Notes: a model not told the origin generated them from the sequence alone. A stretch of 64,000 nucleotides of DNA from Desulfosoma sp. (GCA_037481835.1 JBBFKW010000015.1:32001-96000), one strand, 5' to 3'; positions 19,553 to 29,502 are shown, counted from the first letter of the stretch. A program made the numbers and translations.

Positions 19553-20154
19553 TGCTTTTGAGTGAAGCGACCTTTGTGTCCGTGGACGTGGAAACCACGG
19601 GACTGGATGTGCGCCGTGACGAGATCATCGCTGTGGCCCTTGTGCCCATCAAGGCCATGAAGATCCGAGTTCGGGACGCCTATTATTCCTTGGTGAAACC
19701 CAGAAAATATCGACTGGAAACCATGAAATACCATGGTATCGGCATGGACGCCCTTGGGCAGGCGCCGACCTTCGAGGACATTGCTGAAGCGCTGGAACGC
19801 CGGTGCGAGGGGATTCTTGTGGGGCATTGCGTGAACATCGATTACCAATTTCTTCGGCGCCATTTCAAAAGCGCAGGCATTTCATTTCAGAGAGATATCG
19901 TGGACATCGCCGATGTGGAAAAATGGATCGGGCAAAAAACCAGCCATCGGCCCACCTGCGATGAACTCAGCCTGGACGCCTTGATCACACGATACGGCTT
20001 AAAGGAGCACTACCGCCACCACGCCTTGGCGGACGCGTTTTTCGCCGCCCAGATTTTTCAGATTCAGATGACCAAACACGGCGTGCCCGCCGTGGAGCAG
20101 CTCTTGGAGCTTCTCAGGAATCAGAAACTGTGCGACGCTTCGTTTTTGTTTTGA
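19549..20154 (+). CDS. DEDDh 3'-5' exonuclease (DNA Pol III epsilon-like)
   Basis: VDVETTGL, GH...D, HHALADA; overlaps the DUF294 stop codon. Confidence 0.88.
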   Translation: MMLLSEATFVSVDVETTGLDVRRDEIIAVALVPIKAMKIRVRDAYYSLVKPRKYRLETMKYHGIGMDALGQAPTFEDIAEALERRCEGILVGHCVNIDYQFLRRHFKSAGISFQRDIVDIADVEKWIGQKTSHRPTCDELSLDALITRYGLKEHYRHHALADAFFAAQIFQIQMTKHGVPAVEQLLELLRNQKLCDASFLF

Positions 20155-20323
20155 AGTCGGATGCGCCCGGGTTTCTCTCCGCCGCAGTGGGGGGCGGAAA
20201 AAAGCTTTGTGATGGGGAAGCGTTGTGCTAGTCAAAAAAAGAGTGAGCCAGGCGACGAGAATGGGGCATTGAAGGGGTATCGGTAAGGGGTTACGAGTTC
20301 AACGGGTGAAAAGGAGTCGGGTT

Positions 20324-21151
20324 ATGAAAAAAGGGCTGATGGTTTTGGGGCTTGCCGTGGCGATGGTTGCGGCTGTCGTGGTGGCGGGCCGGGCGGCGGA
20401 CATTGAGCTGGCCAAGAAATCCACTTTGGAGGAGATCCTCAAGAGAGGGGAGCTGCGGGTTGGGTTTGAAGCCGGCTACATGCCTTTCGAGATGACCGAC
20501 AAGAAAGGCAATTTCGTGGGCTTCGACATCGACATGGCCAAGGAAATGGCCAAAGCCATGGGCGTGAAATTCGTTCCGGTGAACACGGCGTGGGACGGCA
20601 TCATCCCCTCTCTCATCACCGGCAAATTCGACATCATCATGAGCGGCATGACGGTGACCCAAGAACGGAATCTCAAGGTCAATTTCGCCGACCCTTACAT
20701 CATCGTCGGGCAGACCATCCTTTTGAACAAGAAACATGAAGGTGCGGTCCACTCCTACAAGGACTTGAACGATCCCAAGTACATCGTCACTTCCAAACTG
20801 GGCACCACCGGCGAACAGGCCGTCAAGCGCCTCATTCCCAAGTGCACTTACAAGTCCTTCGAAACGGAAACGGAAGCGGCTCTCGAAGTGGTCAACGGCA
20901 AGGCGGACGCCTTCGTTTATGATCTTCCCTTCTGCGTCGTCTTTTTGGCCCAACAGGGAGCCGGCAAGCTGGTGTTTTTGGATCAGCCGTTTACCTATGA
21001 ACCGCTGGCGTGGGCCGTCAACAAGGGGGATCCCGATTTTCTGAACTGGCTGAACAATTTTCTCCGCCAGGTGAAAAACGACGGCCGTTACGAGCAAATC
21101 TACAACAAGTGGATCAAGAGCACGGAGTGGATCCAGGACGTGGCCCAGTAA
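20324..21151 (+). CDS. polar amino acid ABC transporter substrate-binding protein
   Basis: Signal peptide, YMPFE, GFDIDMA, WDGIIPSL, SGMTVTQER. Confidence 0.92.
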   Translation: MKKGLMVLGLAVAMVAAVVVAGRAADIELAKKSTLEEILKRGELRVGFEAGYMPFEMTDKKGNFVGFDIDMAKEMAKAMGVKFVPVNTAWDGIIPSLITGKFDIIMSGMTVTQERNLKVNFADPYIIVGQTILLNKKHEGAVHSYKDLNDPKYIVTSKLGTTGEQAVKRLIPKCTYKSFETETEAALEVVNGKADAFVYDLPFCVVFLAQQGAGKLVFLDQPFTYEPLAWAVNKGDPDFLNWLNNFLRQVKNDGRYEQIYNKWIKSTEWIQDVAQ

Positions 21152-21199
21152 GAAGCACGGCGTCCCTGACGCGATGATCTGGGCTGAGGATACGGTCTC

Positions 21200-22201
21200 A
21201 TGGCGAGAGCTTCACAGCAGATGACCCGAGGGGCTTATGCCTTTTGGGTCATGGTTTTCTTCGTGATCGTTTTCGGGGTTGTGGCCGCCCTTTACTATGC
21301 CACTCGCAAGGTGGACTACGTGTGGCGGTGGTACCGCGTGCCCCAGTATTTTCTCTACAAGGAAAAGGCCGAGGTCCGTTCGGAAATCCAGGGGCGCGTC
21401 CAAGACGTTGTCCGAAACGGCGACAACGTGCTGATCCGCGTCACAGGAGATGAACAGACGGCCCAGTATACGGTTCCGGCGAAGGATATCCGGGTGGATG
21501 CCGGGGATACCGTCTATCCCGGCGATGTTTTGGGCGTGTTCCAGAGATGGAAGGTGGGCATCCTCATGCAGGGACTGTGGCTCACCCTCAAGGTGAGCCT
21601 CATTTCCATCATGTTGGGGATCGTCATCGGCCTCATCGCCGGGCTGGCCCGCATCTCTTCCAACCCGGCTCTCAAGTGGTCCGCCGTGACCTACGTGGAA
21701 ATCATCCGAGGCTCTCCCCTGCTCGTCCAGATCTTTATCTGGTATTTCGTCCTCGGCACGGTGATCAACACGCTCCTGGCCAAAAACGGCATGATGCAGC
21801 TGCCGCCCCTCTGGTACGGCGTCGCGTCCCTGGCCTTTTTTTGCGGCGCTTACGTGGCTGAAATCGTGAGGGCCGGCATTCAATCCATTCACCGAGGACA
21901 GATGGAAGCGGCCCGGTCCCTGGGGATGAGCTACCCCCAGGCCATGCGGCATGTTATTCTCCCCCAGGCCCTCCGGCGGATCCTGCCTCCCCTGGCCGGT
22001 CAGTTCATCAGCCTGATCAAGGACTCCTCCCTTCTGGGCATCATCGCCGTTCGAGAACTCACCAAGGCGACCCGGGAAGTGGTCACGACCAGCCTGCAGC
22101 CCTTCGAATTGTGGTTCATGTGCGCCCTGCTCTATCTGGTGCTCACCTTCGGGCTGTCCATGTTTGTCCAGTATTTGGAAAGGAGGACCGCGGTTTCGTG
22201 A
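21200..22201 (+). CDS. amino acid ABC transporter permease
   Basis: [29 protein letters not shown] (EAA motif), KDSSL. Confidence 0.92.
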   Translation: MARASQQMTRGAYAFWVMVFFVIVFGVVAALYYATRKVDYVWRWYRVPQYFLYKEKAEVRSEIQGRVQDVVRNGDNVLIRVTGDEQTAQYTVPAKDIRVDAGDTVYPGDVLGVFQRWKVGILMQGLWLTLKVSLISIMLGIVIGLIAGLARISSNPALKWSAVTYVEIIRGSPLLVQIFIWYFVLGTVINTLLAKNGMMQLPPLWYGVASLAFFCGAYVAEIVRAGIQSIHRGQMEAARSLGMSYPQAMRHVILPQALRRILPPLAGQFISLIKDSSLLGIIAVRELTKATREVVTTSLQPFELWFMCALLYLVLTFGLSMFVQYLERRTAVS

Positions 22202-22929
22202 TCACGGTGGACAAGGTTTCCAAAACGTTTCATGCACCCCATGAGGTCAAAGCCCTCCAGGACGTTTCCTGTCGAGTCGCCAAGGGCGAAGTCGTGGTCA
22301 TCATCGGCCCTTCGGGATCGGGCAAAAGCACTCTGCTCAGGTGCCTCAACCGCCTGGAACATGCGGATACCGGGCACATCTACATCGACGGGGTGGACAT
22401 CCTGGACCGCAAGACCAACATCAACAAGGTCCGGGCCGAAGTGGGCATGGTGTTCCAGTCGTTCAATCTGTTTCCCCACAAGACCGTGCTGGAAAACGTC
22501 ACTCTGGCCCAGCTGGTGGTCCGCAAGAGATCCCCCAGGGAAGCCCGTGACAAGGCCATGGCCCTCTTGGAAAAAGTGGGCATTCCGGATAAGGCGGCGG
22601 TTTATCCCGATCGGCTTTCCGGAGGCCAACAGCAGCGCGTGGCCATCGCCCGGGCTCTGGCCATGGATCCCAAGGTCATGCTCTTCGATGAGCCCACATC
22701 GGCTCTGGATCCCGAAATGATTGGGGAAGTGCTGGATGTCATGAAAAACCTGGCCCGGGAGGGGATGACCATGGTGGTGGTCACCCACGAAATGGGGTTT
22801 GCCCGGGAAGTGGCCGATCGGGTGATCTTTATGGATCAGGGCCGCATTGTGGAGGAAGGCACCCCGGAACATTTCTTCACCAATCCGACGCACAATCGGA
22901 CGAAACTTTTCCTGAGCCAGATCCTTTAA
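22198..22929 (+). CDS. amino acid ABC transporter ATP-binding protein (GlnQ-like)
   Basis: [38 protein letters not shown] overlaps the permease stop. Confidence 0.93.
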   Translation: MITVDKVSKTFHAPHEVKALQDVSCRVAKGEVVVIIGPSGSGKSTLLRCLNRLEHADTGHIYIDGVDILDRKTNINKVRAEVGMVFQSFNLFPHKTVLENVTLAQLVVRKRSPREARDKAMALLEKVGIPDKAAVYPDRLSGGQQQRVAIARALAMDPKVMLFDEPTSALDPEMIGEVLDVMKNLAREGMTMVVVTHEMGFAREVADRVIFMDQGRIVEEGTPEHFFTNPTHNRTKLFLSQIL

Positions 22930-22946
22930 ACCTGGGAGGCGAGGCT

Positions 22947-23804
22947 ATGGAAAAACATCTCCTGATCACCGTAAGCGATGAAATGTCCCATCTGTACGGG
23001 GTGCGCTTTGTGGCCAATTTCTTTCAGCAAAAGGCCTCCTGCCGCCTCACGCTCCTCTACGTGGCGCCCACGCAGATGACAGGCGACTGGAAAGCCGACA
23101 GGCCTTCCGGGCGCGCCAAGGTACCCGAAGAAACCCGGGTTCGGGGCGAAAAAGCCTTGGACCGCAGCGCCGAGATTCTCGTCGAGGCGGGCTTTGCGGA
23201 ATCCCAGATCCAGTCCAAGTTGATTCCCAAGGAAATGGAAACGGTCAAAGAGATCGTCATGGAAGCCCGGCGCGGCAACTACGACGCGGTGGTTTTGGGA
23301 CGCCGCGGCTACGCCGCCTTTGCCGGGGTGTTTTCCACGAGCATCAGCACGGAAGTGCTTCGCCAGCCGATGCCGTGCCCGCTGTGGATCTGCCGAAATC
23401 CTGGATGGGAACGGGAGCGCGTTCTCCTGTGCGTGGACGATTCCCATGCCAGCGGGCGGATCGTGGACCACGTGGGGTTCATGGTTCGGGACGAGCCGCA
23501 CAGGATCTGCTTGTTCCACGTCATCACCGATCGAGGGCGCCAGACCCGGGAAATCGTGGACAACGCCCGAAAGGTCCTGGTGGAAAACGGGGTGGCTGCA
23601 GACCGGATCGACTGGAAGATCACCGTTTCTCAAAACGTCTCCGAAGCCATCATGGACGAATGCCGGGAGGCGCCGACCTCGGTGATCGCCATGGGCCATG
23701 AAAACGACGGAAGCGGCAGCTTCTTTGGGGGCCTTTTCTCCGGATCCGTCTGTTCCGGCGTGCTCAAGCGTTTCGAAAACGGCGCCCTGTGGATTTCCAA
23801 GTAA
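22947..23804 (+). CDS. tandem-domain universal stress protein
   Basis: Two USP-like halves (YDAVVLGRRG; VLLCVDDS...IAMG...GSV). Confidence 0.8.
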   Translation: MEKHLLITVSDEMSHLYGVRFVANFFQQKASCRLTLLYVAPTQMTGDWKADRPSGRAKVPEETRVRGEKALDRSAEILVEAGFAESQIQSKLIPKEMETVKEIVMEARRGNYDAVVLGRRGYAAFAGVFSTSISTEVLRQPMPCPLWICRNPGWERERVLLCVDDSHASGRIVDHVGFMVRDEPHRICLFHVITDRGRQTREIVDNARKVLVENGVAADRIDWKITVSQNVSEAIMDECREAPTSVIAMGHENDGSGSFFGGLFSGSVCSGVLKRFENGALWISK

Positions 23805-23820
23805 GCGCAGGGCGGGTCGC

Positions 23821-24846
23821 TCAGGCGAGGCGAAAACGCTCGCGAAGGCGGCGGCTCAAGACCCGGATGGCCTCGAAGGCTTTTTCCACCGTCCGGGTGC
23901 CGTCCGGGTTGACCAGGCAACAAGTGGCCGGAGACAACAGGCTCTGGGCCACCAACTCTTCCGTGTCGATCCCCTTTCGGGCTAGGGTGTGCCAGAGGCC
24001 CAAGAGGCGCGTTTCCAGGGAATCGACGGATTCGGCTTCAAAAGGTTCCACGTTGGGGGGCACCATGCCCCAGATCAAAATGCCTCCCCGGTCCAGGAAG
24101 CGCCGGATCGCCCCCGCATAGGACACGAAGATCTCCCCGTTGGAATACATGTCCAAGGACAACACGTCGAGATCCAGGTTGAGCAAAAAGTCCCAGTCCG
24201 GGTTGCCGCACAGGTGAATCCCTCGGGGTCTGTCGATCTTGGCGAAGAAATCCTCCATGTCGGAGCGGGCGGTGAGGTGATTGTAGCCGCTCAGGGCGCT
24301 GAAGATGAACTGGAGGCCCGGTTCATCGACGAACATGAACGCGTTGGGGTGGAGCGCCTTGAGTCGCTTGAGCTGGACGTTGACCCTTTGGGCCATGAAT
24401 TCGAAAAGAAAGGGGCGCACCGTATCGTTGAAGAGAATGGGGCGTTCGGCTTCATCCTGCACGTTGAACCCGAAGCTCACGGGCCCTTCCAACTGCCCTC
24501 GGATCGCCGGCCGGTCGGAAAAGTCCATCTCAAGGAACCGGTGATAGACCGCCGAATAGGCCGGGCTGATGTCGAACAAGGAAGGGTCTTCGAAGCGGGC
24601 GAGGACGTCCGGGAGTTCCTCGATGAATTTTTCCGTGGAAAAGCGAAGCGTGCGATGTTCCACATCCAGCAGGATCCCCGGGAAATGCTCCGACGCCTGG
24701 ACGTACATGTCCTCGTAGTAGTTGAGCAAAGGCAGTTGGGGCCAAAAAGGGATGTCCAGGGACAGGGCCACGGAAAGGGCGCGTTCCACGTCGCGGTGCG
24801 GCATGACGGCCATGGCCGTCGTCAGCAGGTTTCCCGGTATGGGCAT
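23821..24846 (-). CDS. core MetE-like (cobalamin-independent fold) methionine synthase homologue
   Basis: Single barrel with PFWPQLP, RGQLEGP, FVDEPGL, GIHLCG, LSLD, WGMVP, SPATCC. Confidence 0.65.
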   Translation of the reverse strand: MPIPGNLLTTAMAVMPHRDVERALSVALSLDIPFWPQLPLLNYYEDMYVQASEHFPGILLDVEHRTLRFSTEKFIEELPDVLARFEDPSLFDISPAYSAVYHRFLEMDFSDRPAIRGQLEGPVSFGFNVQDEAERPILFNDTVRPFLFEFMAQRVNVQLKRLKALHPNAFMFVDEPGLQFIFSALSGYNHLTARSDMEDFFAKIDRPRGIHLCGNPDWDFLLNLDLDVLSLDMYSNGEIFVSYAGAIRRFLDRGGILIWGMVPPNVEPFEAESVDSLETRLLGLWHTLARKGIDTEELVAQSLLSPATCCLVNPDGTRTVEKAFEAIRVLSRRLRERFRLA

Positions 24847-25070
24847 AAAGTGTCCTCCTTGTTCGGCGGTTTGGTCCGGGCGCGGCACGCCGGGTCCGGA
24901 TGGGCCGAGTCCTCAAGCGCCCCCTTTCCGGGGCCGCCCCTTCCCCTAGACTTGAAAGCTTATCGAGAAATGGCTCCTGCCTGGGACCGTGGGCGTCTCA
25001 CCCGCCTGTTGTGCGGTTAGAAGGTTTTCGTTCCCAGGACAATGCGCCCCGAAACACCGGCTCGGACGCG

Positions 25071-25202
25071 TGCCTCGTCTCAGAAATCCGTTCAGCATCC
25101 GTCGCCGTTCCCGCGAAAGCGAGGAGCCAACTTTTCCAGCCGGATATAGACTCCTGCTTTCGCGGGAGCGACGGTTCGACGAGTCCTCGCCCAGGCTTCT
25201 AG
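25071..25202. repeat. degenerate MITE-like unit enclosing a CGTC-type palindrome pair
   Basis: cgttcccgcgaaagcgaggagcca...gactcctgctttcgcgggagcgacg; ends caggcttCTAG overlapping the hcp stop. Confidence 0.55.
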
Positions 25203-26830
25203 GACCCGAGAATGGCCTTCAGATCTTCTTCCGGCGTGCTGATGGGCTTGACGTCGAAATTCTGGACGAGCACCTGCAGCACGTTGGGAGTGATGAAGGC
25301 CGGCAAAGAAGGCCCCAGCCGGATGTTCTTGATGCCGAGGGCAAACAGGCTGAGGAGGATCGCCACGGCCTTTTGTTCATACCAGGAAAGGACCAAAGAC
25401 AAGGGAAGATCGTTGACGCCGACGTTGAAAGCCTTGGACAGAGCCACGGCGATCTGCACCGCCGAATAGGCGTCGTTGCACTGCCCCACGTCCATCAAGC
25501 GCGGCAGGCCGCCGATGGTGCCCAGATCCTTGTCGAAAAACCGGAACTTGCCGCACGCCAAGGTCAGGACGACGCAATCTTGGGGGACGAGTTCCACGAA
25601 TCGCGTGTAGTAGTTCCGGCCGGGCTTGGCCCCGTCGCAGCCGGCCACCAGGAAGAAATGGCGGATGGCGCCGCTTTTCACCGCTTCGATGACTTTGTCG
25701 GCCACGCCCAGAACGGTGTTTCGCGCAAAGCCGACCATGACGTGAGCGCCGTTCACATCGTCGGCAAAGCCGGGCAGTTCCAGGGCTCTCTGGATGACCG
25801 GCGAGAAATCCCGGCGATCCACATGTCGCACCCCGGGCCAGCCCACGACGCCGCTGGTAAAGATGTTGTCCTTATAGGTTTCCTGCGGCTTTTGGATGCA
25901 GTTGGTGGTCATGAGGATGGCTCCGGGGAAAGCGGCGAATTCCTTGGCCTGGTTCTGCCATGCCGTGCCGTAGTGCCCGTAAAGGTGCTCGTACTTCTTC
26001 AGTCCCGGATACCCGTGGCAGGGAAGCATTTCCCCGTGGGTGTAGACCGTGATGCCTTTTCCTTGGGTTTGCTTGAGGAGCTCTTCCAGGTCCTTGAGGT
26101 CATGGCCGGAAACGAGGATGGCCTTCCCCTTGCGGTGTCCCAAAGGCACCTTGGTGGGGACGGGATGACCGTAAGTACCGGTGTTGGCTGCATCGAGGAG
26201 CTCCATGGCCCGGATGTTCACTTCGCCCACGCGCAGAACCCGGGCGACCCAGTCGTTCAGGGTGAGATCCAGGCGCAGCGTGTCTGCGAGGATTTCCTGA
26301 AGAGCCGCGTAGACGGCATCGTCTTCCTGGCCGAGGATCTGGGCGTGGTCGGCATAGGCGGCGACGCCCCGTAGGCCGAAAATGGCCGTGTGCTTTAAGG
26401 ATCGAATGTCCGGGTTCGGTTCGGGATCTTTGTCGAAAGCCACGGTTTCCCCCTGCCGGACCATTTCGAAAAGGGTCGATGCCGGCTGAAAAGCCGCCGG
26501 GCCGTTCCCGAAGTCCACGGTGCCGCCCGCCGCCTTCACCTTCGCCTTCAAACCTTCCCGGAGTTCCACCGTCTTTTGGATGAAACGCACCAGATCCTCA
26601 GGATCGAAGTTCACATTGGTCAGCGTGCTGAACAAGGCTTCGCACGTAAAGACGTTGACGGCTCGGTCGTTGATGCCCACCGCACGGCCCGCCACGGCCA
26701 CCTGGCTTAAGCCCTTGAGCAGATGCGTCAAAAGATCCTGCAGGGCGGCCACATCCGGTTGCTTGCCGCACACGCCCAGCTTGGTGCATGCTTCGTTCTT
26801 CGCCGTCTGTTCGCATTGGTAACAAAACAT
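25199..26830 (-). CDS. hcp: hybrid cluster protein (hydroxylamine reductase)
   Basis: MFCYQCEQT...CTKLGVCGK, SGHDL, THGEMLP, TTNC, GCDG, LACGK, GQCND, WYEQKA. Confidence 0.97.
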   Translation of the reverse strand: MFCYQCEQTAKNEACTKLGVCGKQPDVAALQDLLTHLLKGLSQVAVAGRAVGINDRAVNVFTCEALFSTLTNVNFDPEDLVRFIQKTVELREGLKAKVKAAGGTVDFGNGPAAFQPASTLFEMVRQGETVAFDKDPEPNPDIRSLKHTAIFGLRGVAAYADHAQILGQEDDAVYAALQEILADTLRLDLTLNDWVARVLRVGEVNIRAMELLDAANTGTYGHPVPTKVPLGHRKGKAILVSGHDLKDLEELLKQTQGKGITVYTHGEMLPCHGYPGLKKYEHLYGHYGTAWQNQAKEFAAFPGAILMTTNCIQKPQETYKDNIFTSGVVGWPGVRHVDRRDFSPVIQRALELPGFADDVNGAHVMVGFARNTVLGVADKVIEAVKSGAIRHFFLVAGCDGAKPGRNYYTRFVELVPQDCVVLTLACGKFRFFDKDLGTIGGLPRLMDVGQCNDAYSAVQIAVALSKAFNVGVNDLPLSLVLSWYEQKAVAILLSLFALGIKNIRLGPSLPAFITPNVLQVLVQNFDVKPISTPEEDLKAILGS

Positions 26831-26930
26831 GGGTGCCTCCTTTTGTGTTGTGCGTCCTCTCATGCGGCATCACAACGCCGCTTTTCCGCCTTCGATGAGC
26901 ACACCATAAGACGGCGCGGCACCGGAATCC

Positions 26931-26944
26931 TTGACCTAGGTCAA
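26931..26944. promoter_or_regulatory. Crp/Fnr-family (HcpR/Fnr-like) binding site
   Basis: Perfect palindrome TTGACCTAGGTCAA about 100 bp upstream of the hcp start. Confidence 0.7.
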
Positions 26945-26958
26945 AAGGGCGAGATTTT

Positions 26959-28104
26959 TTACAGATACTGGCCCCCCAGCTCCTCGATGACGGCGTCAAT
27001 GTTCTTGCCGGTTTCCTGTTCCAATTCCCTTCGGGCCCTTTCCAGGCGGGGGCGAAAGGCCGCAAGATCGTCCACGCAGCGCAAAGCGCCCCCATAGCGC
27101 CCCAGGCGGTACAGGATGCGGTCGTCGTCGGAAAGAGCCAAGTACTGGTCGATGATGCCCAGCATCTTGGCCTTGTCGCGGGGGAAGGTCCCTTCCAGAT
27201 TTTCCAGGAGGTTTCGCATGTGGTCGGAGGTGAGTGTGCTGTGAATGTTTTTCAGGTTCTCGATGAGAAGGCGGATTTCCCGCACCGTATCGTCGTCGGA
27301 AAGGGTCTGGAACGCGCCGGACGCCAGGTGATCCCAAAGCGGCGTATTGGGCGGGACGCGCAGGGTGCGCAGGCGGATGAAGTGAGGGTCGATGGCTTCC
27401 AGGACCCGAGCCGTCTCCAGGGCGTGTTCGCGGCTCCATCGCGTGCCGCCGAGCCCCGGCATGATGTATTCGGACAGCGTCATGCCCGCTTCCTTCACTT
27501 TGAGGCCCGCTTCAATGTGCTGCGCGGCGGTCGCTCCCTTGTCCATGAACTTCAGGACCGTATCGGATCCGCTTTCCAAGCCGATATGGATTCGGTCCAA
27601 ACCCGCCTCCCGGATTTCCCGCAGCTCCTCCACACTCTTTCGCGCCAGGGTGGCGCTTCGCCCGTAGGACGTCACGCGCGTGATGCCGGGGACTCTTTCC
27701 TTGAGGTAGCGCAGGGCTTGGACGAGATCGGCCGTGCGCATGATGGGGTTATTGGCGTCCTGCAAAAAGACCGTGCCGTCCCCGTGATAGAGCCAGACGG
27801 CCACGTGGCGCTCACAGCCGCTTCGAGCGGGATCGGTGAGGATCCGGTTGATGACCGGCGCGCTCACCGCTCCCCCTTCGCCCATGGACCACGAAAGGGC
27901 TTTCACGTCATCCACGATGGCCCGCACCGTGTCGATGTCGGCTTTGATTTCGGCCAATGATCTCCGACTGAAGGGCCGTCCCTTGTAGACGGGACAGAAA
28001 GCGCACCGATTCCACGGACAATTTCTCGTAAACCGCAGGAGCAAACTCCGCGATTCACTGGGCGGCCGGATCGGTCCCTGTTCAAAATGAAAACGCATTC
28101 CCAT
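26959..28104 (-). CDS. radical SAM protein
   Basis: IRPPSE...RNCPWNRCAFC (CxxxCxxC), FLQDAN, IGLESG. Confidence 0.88.
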   Translation of the reverse strand: MGMRFHFEQGPIRPPSESRSLLLRFTRNCPWNRCAFCPVYKGRPFSRRSLAEIKADIDTVRAIVDDVKALSWSMGEGGAVSAPVINRILTDPARSGCERHVAVWLYHGDGTVFLQDANNPIMRTADLVQALRYLKERVPGITRVTSYGRSATLARKSVEELREIREAGLDRIHIGLESGSDTVLKFMDKGATAAQHIEAGLKVKEAGMTLSEYIMPGLGGTRWSREHALETARVLEAIDPHFIRLRTLRVPPNTPLWDHLASGAFQTLSDDDTVREIRLLIENLKNIHSTLTSDHMRNLLENLEGTFPRDKAKMLGIIDQYLALSDDDRILYRLGRYGGALRCVDDLAAFRPRLERARRELEQETGKNIDAVIEELGGQYL

Positions 28105-28221
28105 GCCTCCACTGCCCTTCTTCGATCCCCGCAGGGTTGAGTTTCCCAGGGGCACTCAGTATATTCTTTTCGTTCGCTGGGTCCATGGACAAGAGCCCAC
28201 TCCAACCGAGGAGTTCATCGC

Positions 28222-28545
28222 ATGACCGAAGAAAAGTTCACGGCCGTTTACCTCATGGTGCGAAAGGAAGAACTGCGTCCCGAAGACGAGGGGTCCTACG
28301 AAAAACCGCTGGCGGCCCAGCGGGAAGCATGCCTTGCGTTCATCAAGGAAAACCTGCCGGCGGAAGACCACGAAAGGGTGAGCTTCTACACCAGCCGGTC
28401 CCAACTTTTCATGGACATGGATCGAAAGAAGGTGAAAAGCCTCGTGGTCTACGAATTGGACCGACTGGCGGCGGATGAAAAAGAGCTGGAAGGGATCCTC
28501 TTTGAGTGTCGATCCGCCGGCGTTCCCGTCCTCGCGGTTCGTTGA
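28222..28545 (+). CDS. small protein with degenerate serine-recombinase catalytic fold
   Basis: AVYLMVR...AAQREAC...SRSQL...LVVYELDRLA; GAGGAG RBS. Confidence 0.6.
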   Translation: MTEEKFTAVYLMVRKEELRPEDEGSYEKPLAAQREACLAFIKENLPAEDHERVSFYTSRSQLFMDMDRKKVKSLVVYELDRLAADEKELEGILFECRSAGVPVLAVR

Positions 28546-28553
28546 AATGGAAA

Positions 28554-28578
28554 GGGCCGGTGGTGATGCCACCGGCCC
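28554..28578. terminator. hairpin between convergent genes
   Basis: gggccggtgg-tgatg-ccaccggccc. Confidence 0.6.
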
Positions 28579-28594
28579 GCAGTGTTCGTGAAGC

Positions 28595-28993
28595 TCAGCT
28601 CGTCTTGACCACGACCTTTCGGGGCTTGGCCTTGTCCACCTTGGGCAATGTCAGGGTCAAGACGCCGTCCTTCATGGCCGCTTCGATTTTCGACTGGTCG
28701 ATGATGCGGCCTAGAGTGAACTGGCGGTAGTAGTCCCCCACGCCGTATTCTCGCAGGAGCACCGTTTCCCCTTCCCCTTCCAAGGTGACGGTGCCGCGAA
28801 TGGTCAGCTGGTCGTCCCGGATGTCGATGTCCACATTGTCCGGGGACACTCCCGGCATGTCGGCCACAAGGGTCAAGGCCTCTTCCGTCTCATAGATGTC
28901 CACCGCCGGGATGTAGACGGGAATGTTCCGCGTGGTCTCCGACTGGGTCTGCACTTCCTTCTTCTCCCTCACCTGGATGTCCTTCTCGGCCAT
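28595..28993 (-). CDS. Hsp20/alpha-crystallin small heat shock protein
   Basis: PAVDIYET, ADMPGV, YYRQFTL, AAMKDGVLTLTLPK. Confidence 0.93.
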   Translation of the reverse strand: MAEKDIQVREKKEVQTQSETTRNIPVYIPAVDIYETEEALTLVADMPGVSPDNVDIDIRDDQLTIRGTVTLEGEGETVLLREYGVGDYYRQFTLGRIIDQSKIEAAMKDGVLTLTLPKVDKAKPRKVVVKTS

Positions 28994-29037
28994 GGTCGTC
29001 ACCCCCTTCTCCAATGAAGCGCTTCACGTCTCGACTC

Positions 29038-29502
29038 TTATGCGGTCTTGACCGCGATCTGTTTCGGGCGCACTTCTTCGGCCTTGGGCAACGTGATCCG
29101 GAGAATGCCGTTCTTGAAGACCGCTTCCACCTTGTCGGTGTTAATGCGCGTCGGCAAGGTCAAGCTGCGGCGGAAACGGCCGAATTCCCTTTCGCGACGA
29201 TGATAGCTCACATTTTCTCCCACCTCGGCGCTCTTGCGCTCGCCGCGAAGGGTCAAGGTGTCGCCTTCCACGGAAATTTCGATGTCGCCGGGGTTGATTC
29301 CGGGAAGTTCGGCACGCACATAGAGGTTATCCTTGTCCTCACTCACGTTGAGCGGCGGAAACACCCCGACCCTCAGCGGCCGAAACCCGCGGAATCCCGT
29401 GAACAGCCGATCCATTTCCCTGCGGAGCCGATCCATTTCCCGTTCCATTTCTTCAAAGGGGCGAAAGAGATCTCCCTGGTCGGACCAGCGAATGAGTGCC
29501 AT
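29038..29502 (-). CDS. Hsp20/alpha-crystallin small heat shock protein
   Basis: PPLNVSE, AELPGI, RREREFGRFRRSLTLP, NGILRITLPK. Confidence 0.93.
   Translation of the reverse strand: MALIRWSDQGDLFRPFEEMEREMDRLRREMDRLFTGFRGFRPLRVGVFPPLNVSEDKDNLYVRAELPGINPGDIEISVEGDTLTLRGERKSAEVGENVSYHRREREFGRFRRSLTLPTRINTDKVEAVFKNGILRITLPKAEEVRPKQIAVKTA

Noticed and set aside
19549..20154. Replicative dnaQ
   Set aside because: Coupled to a DUF294 gene and lacks an evident C-terminal Pol III alpha-binding extension
28222..28545. Active recombinase marking a mobile element
   Set aside because: No catalytic Ser, no DNA-binding domain, and no flanking att sites or cargo
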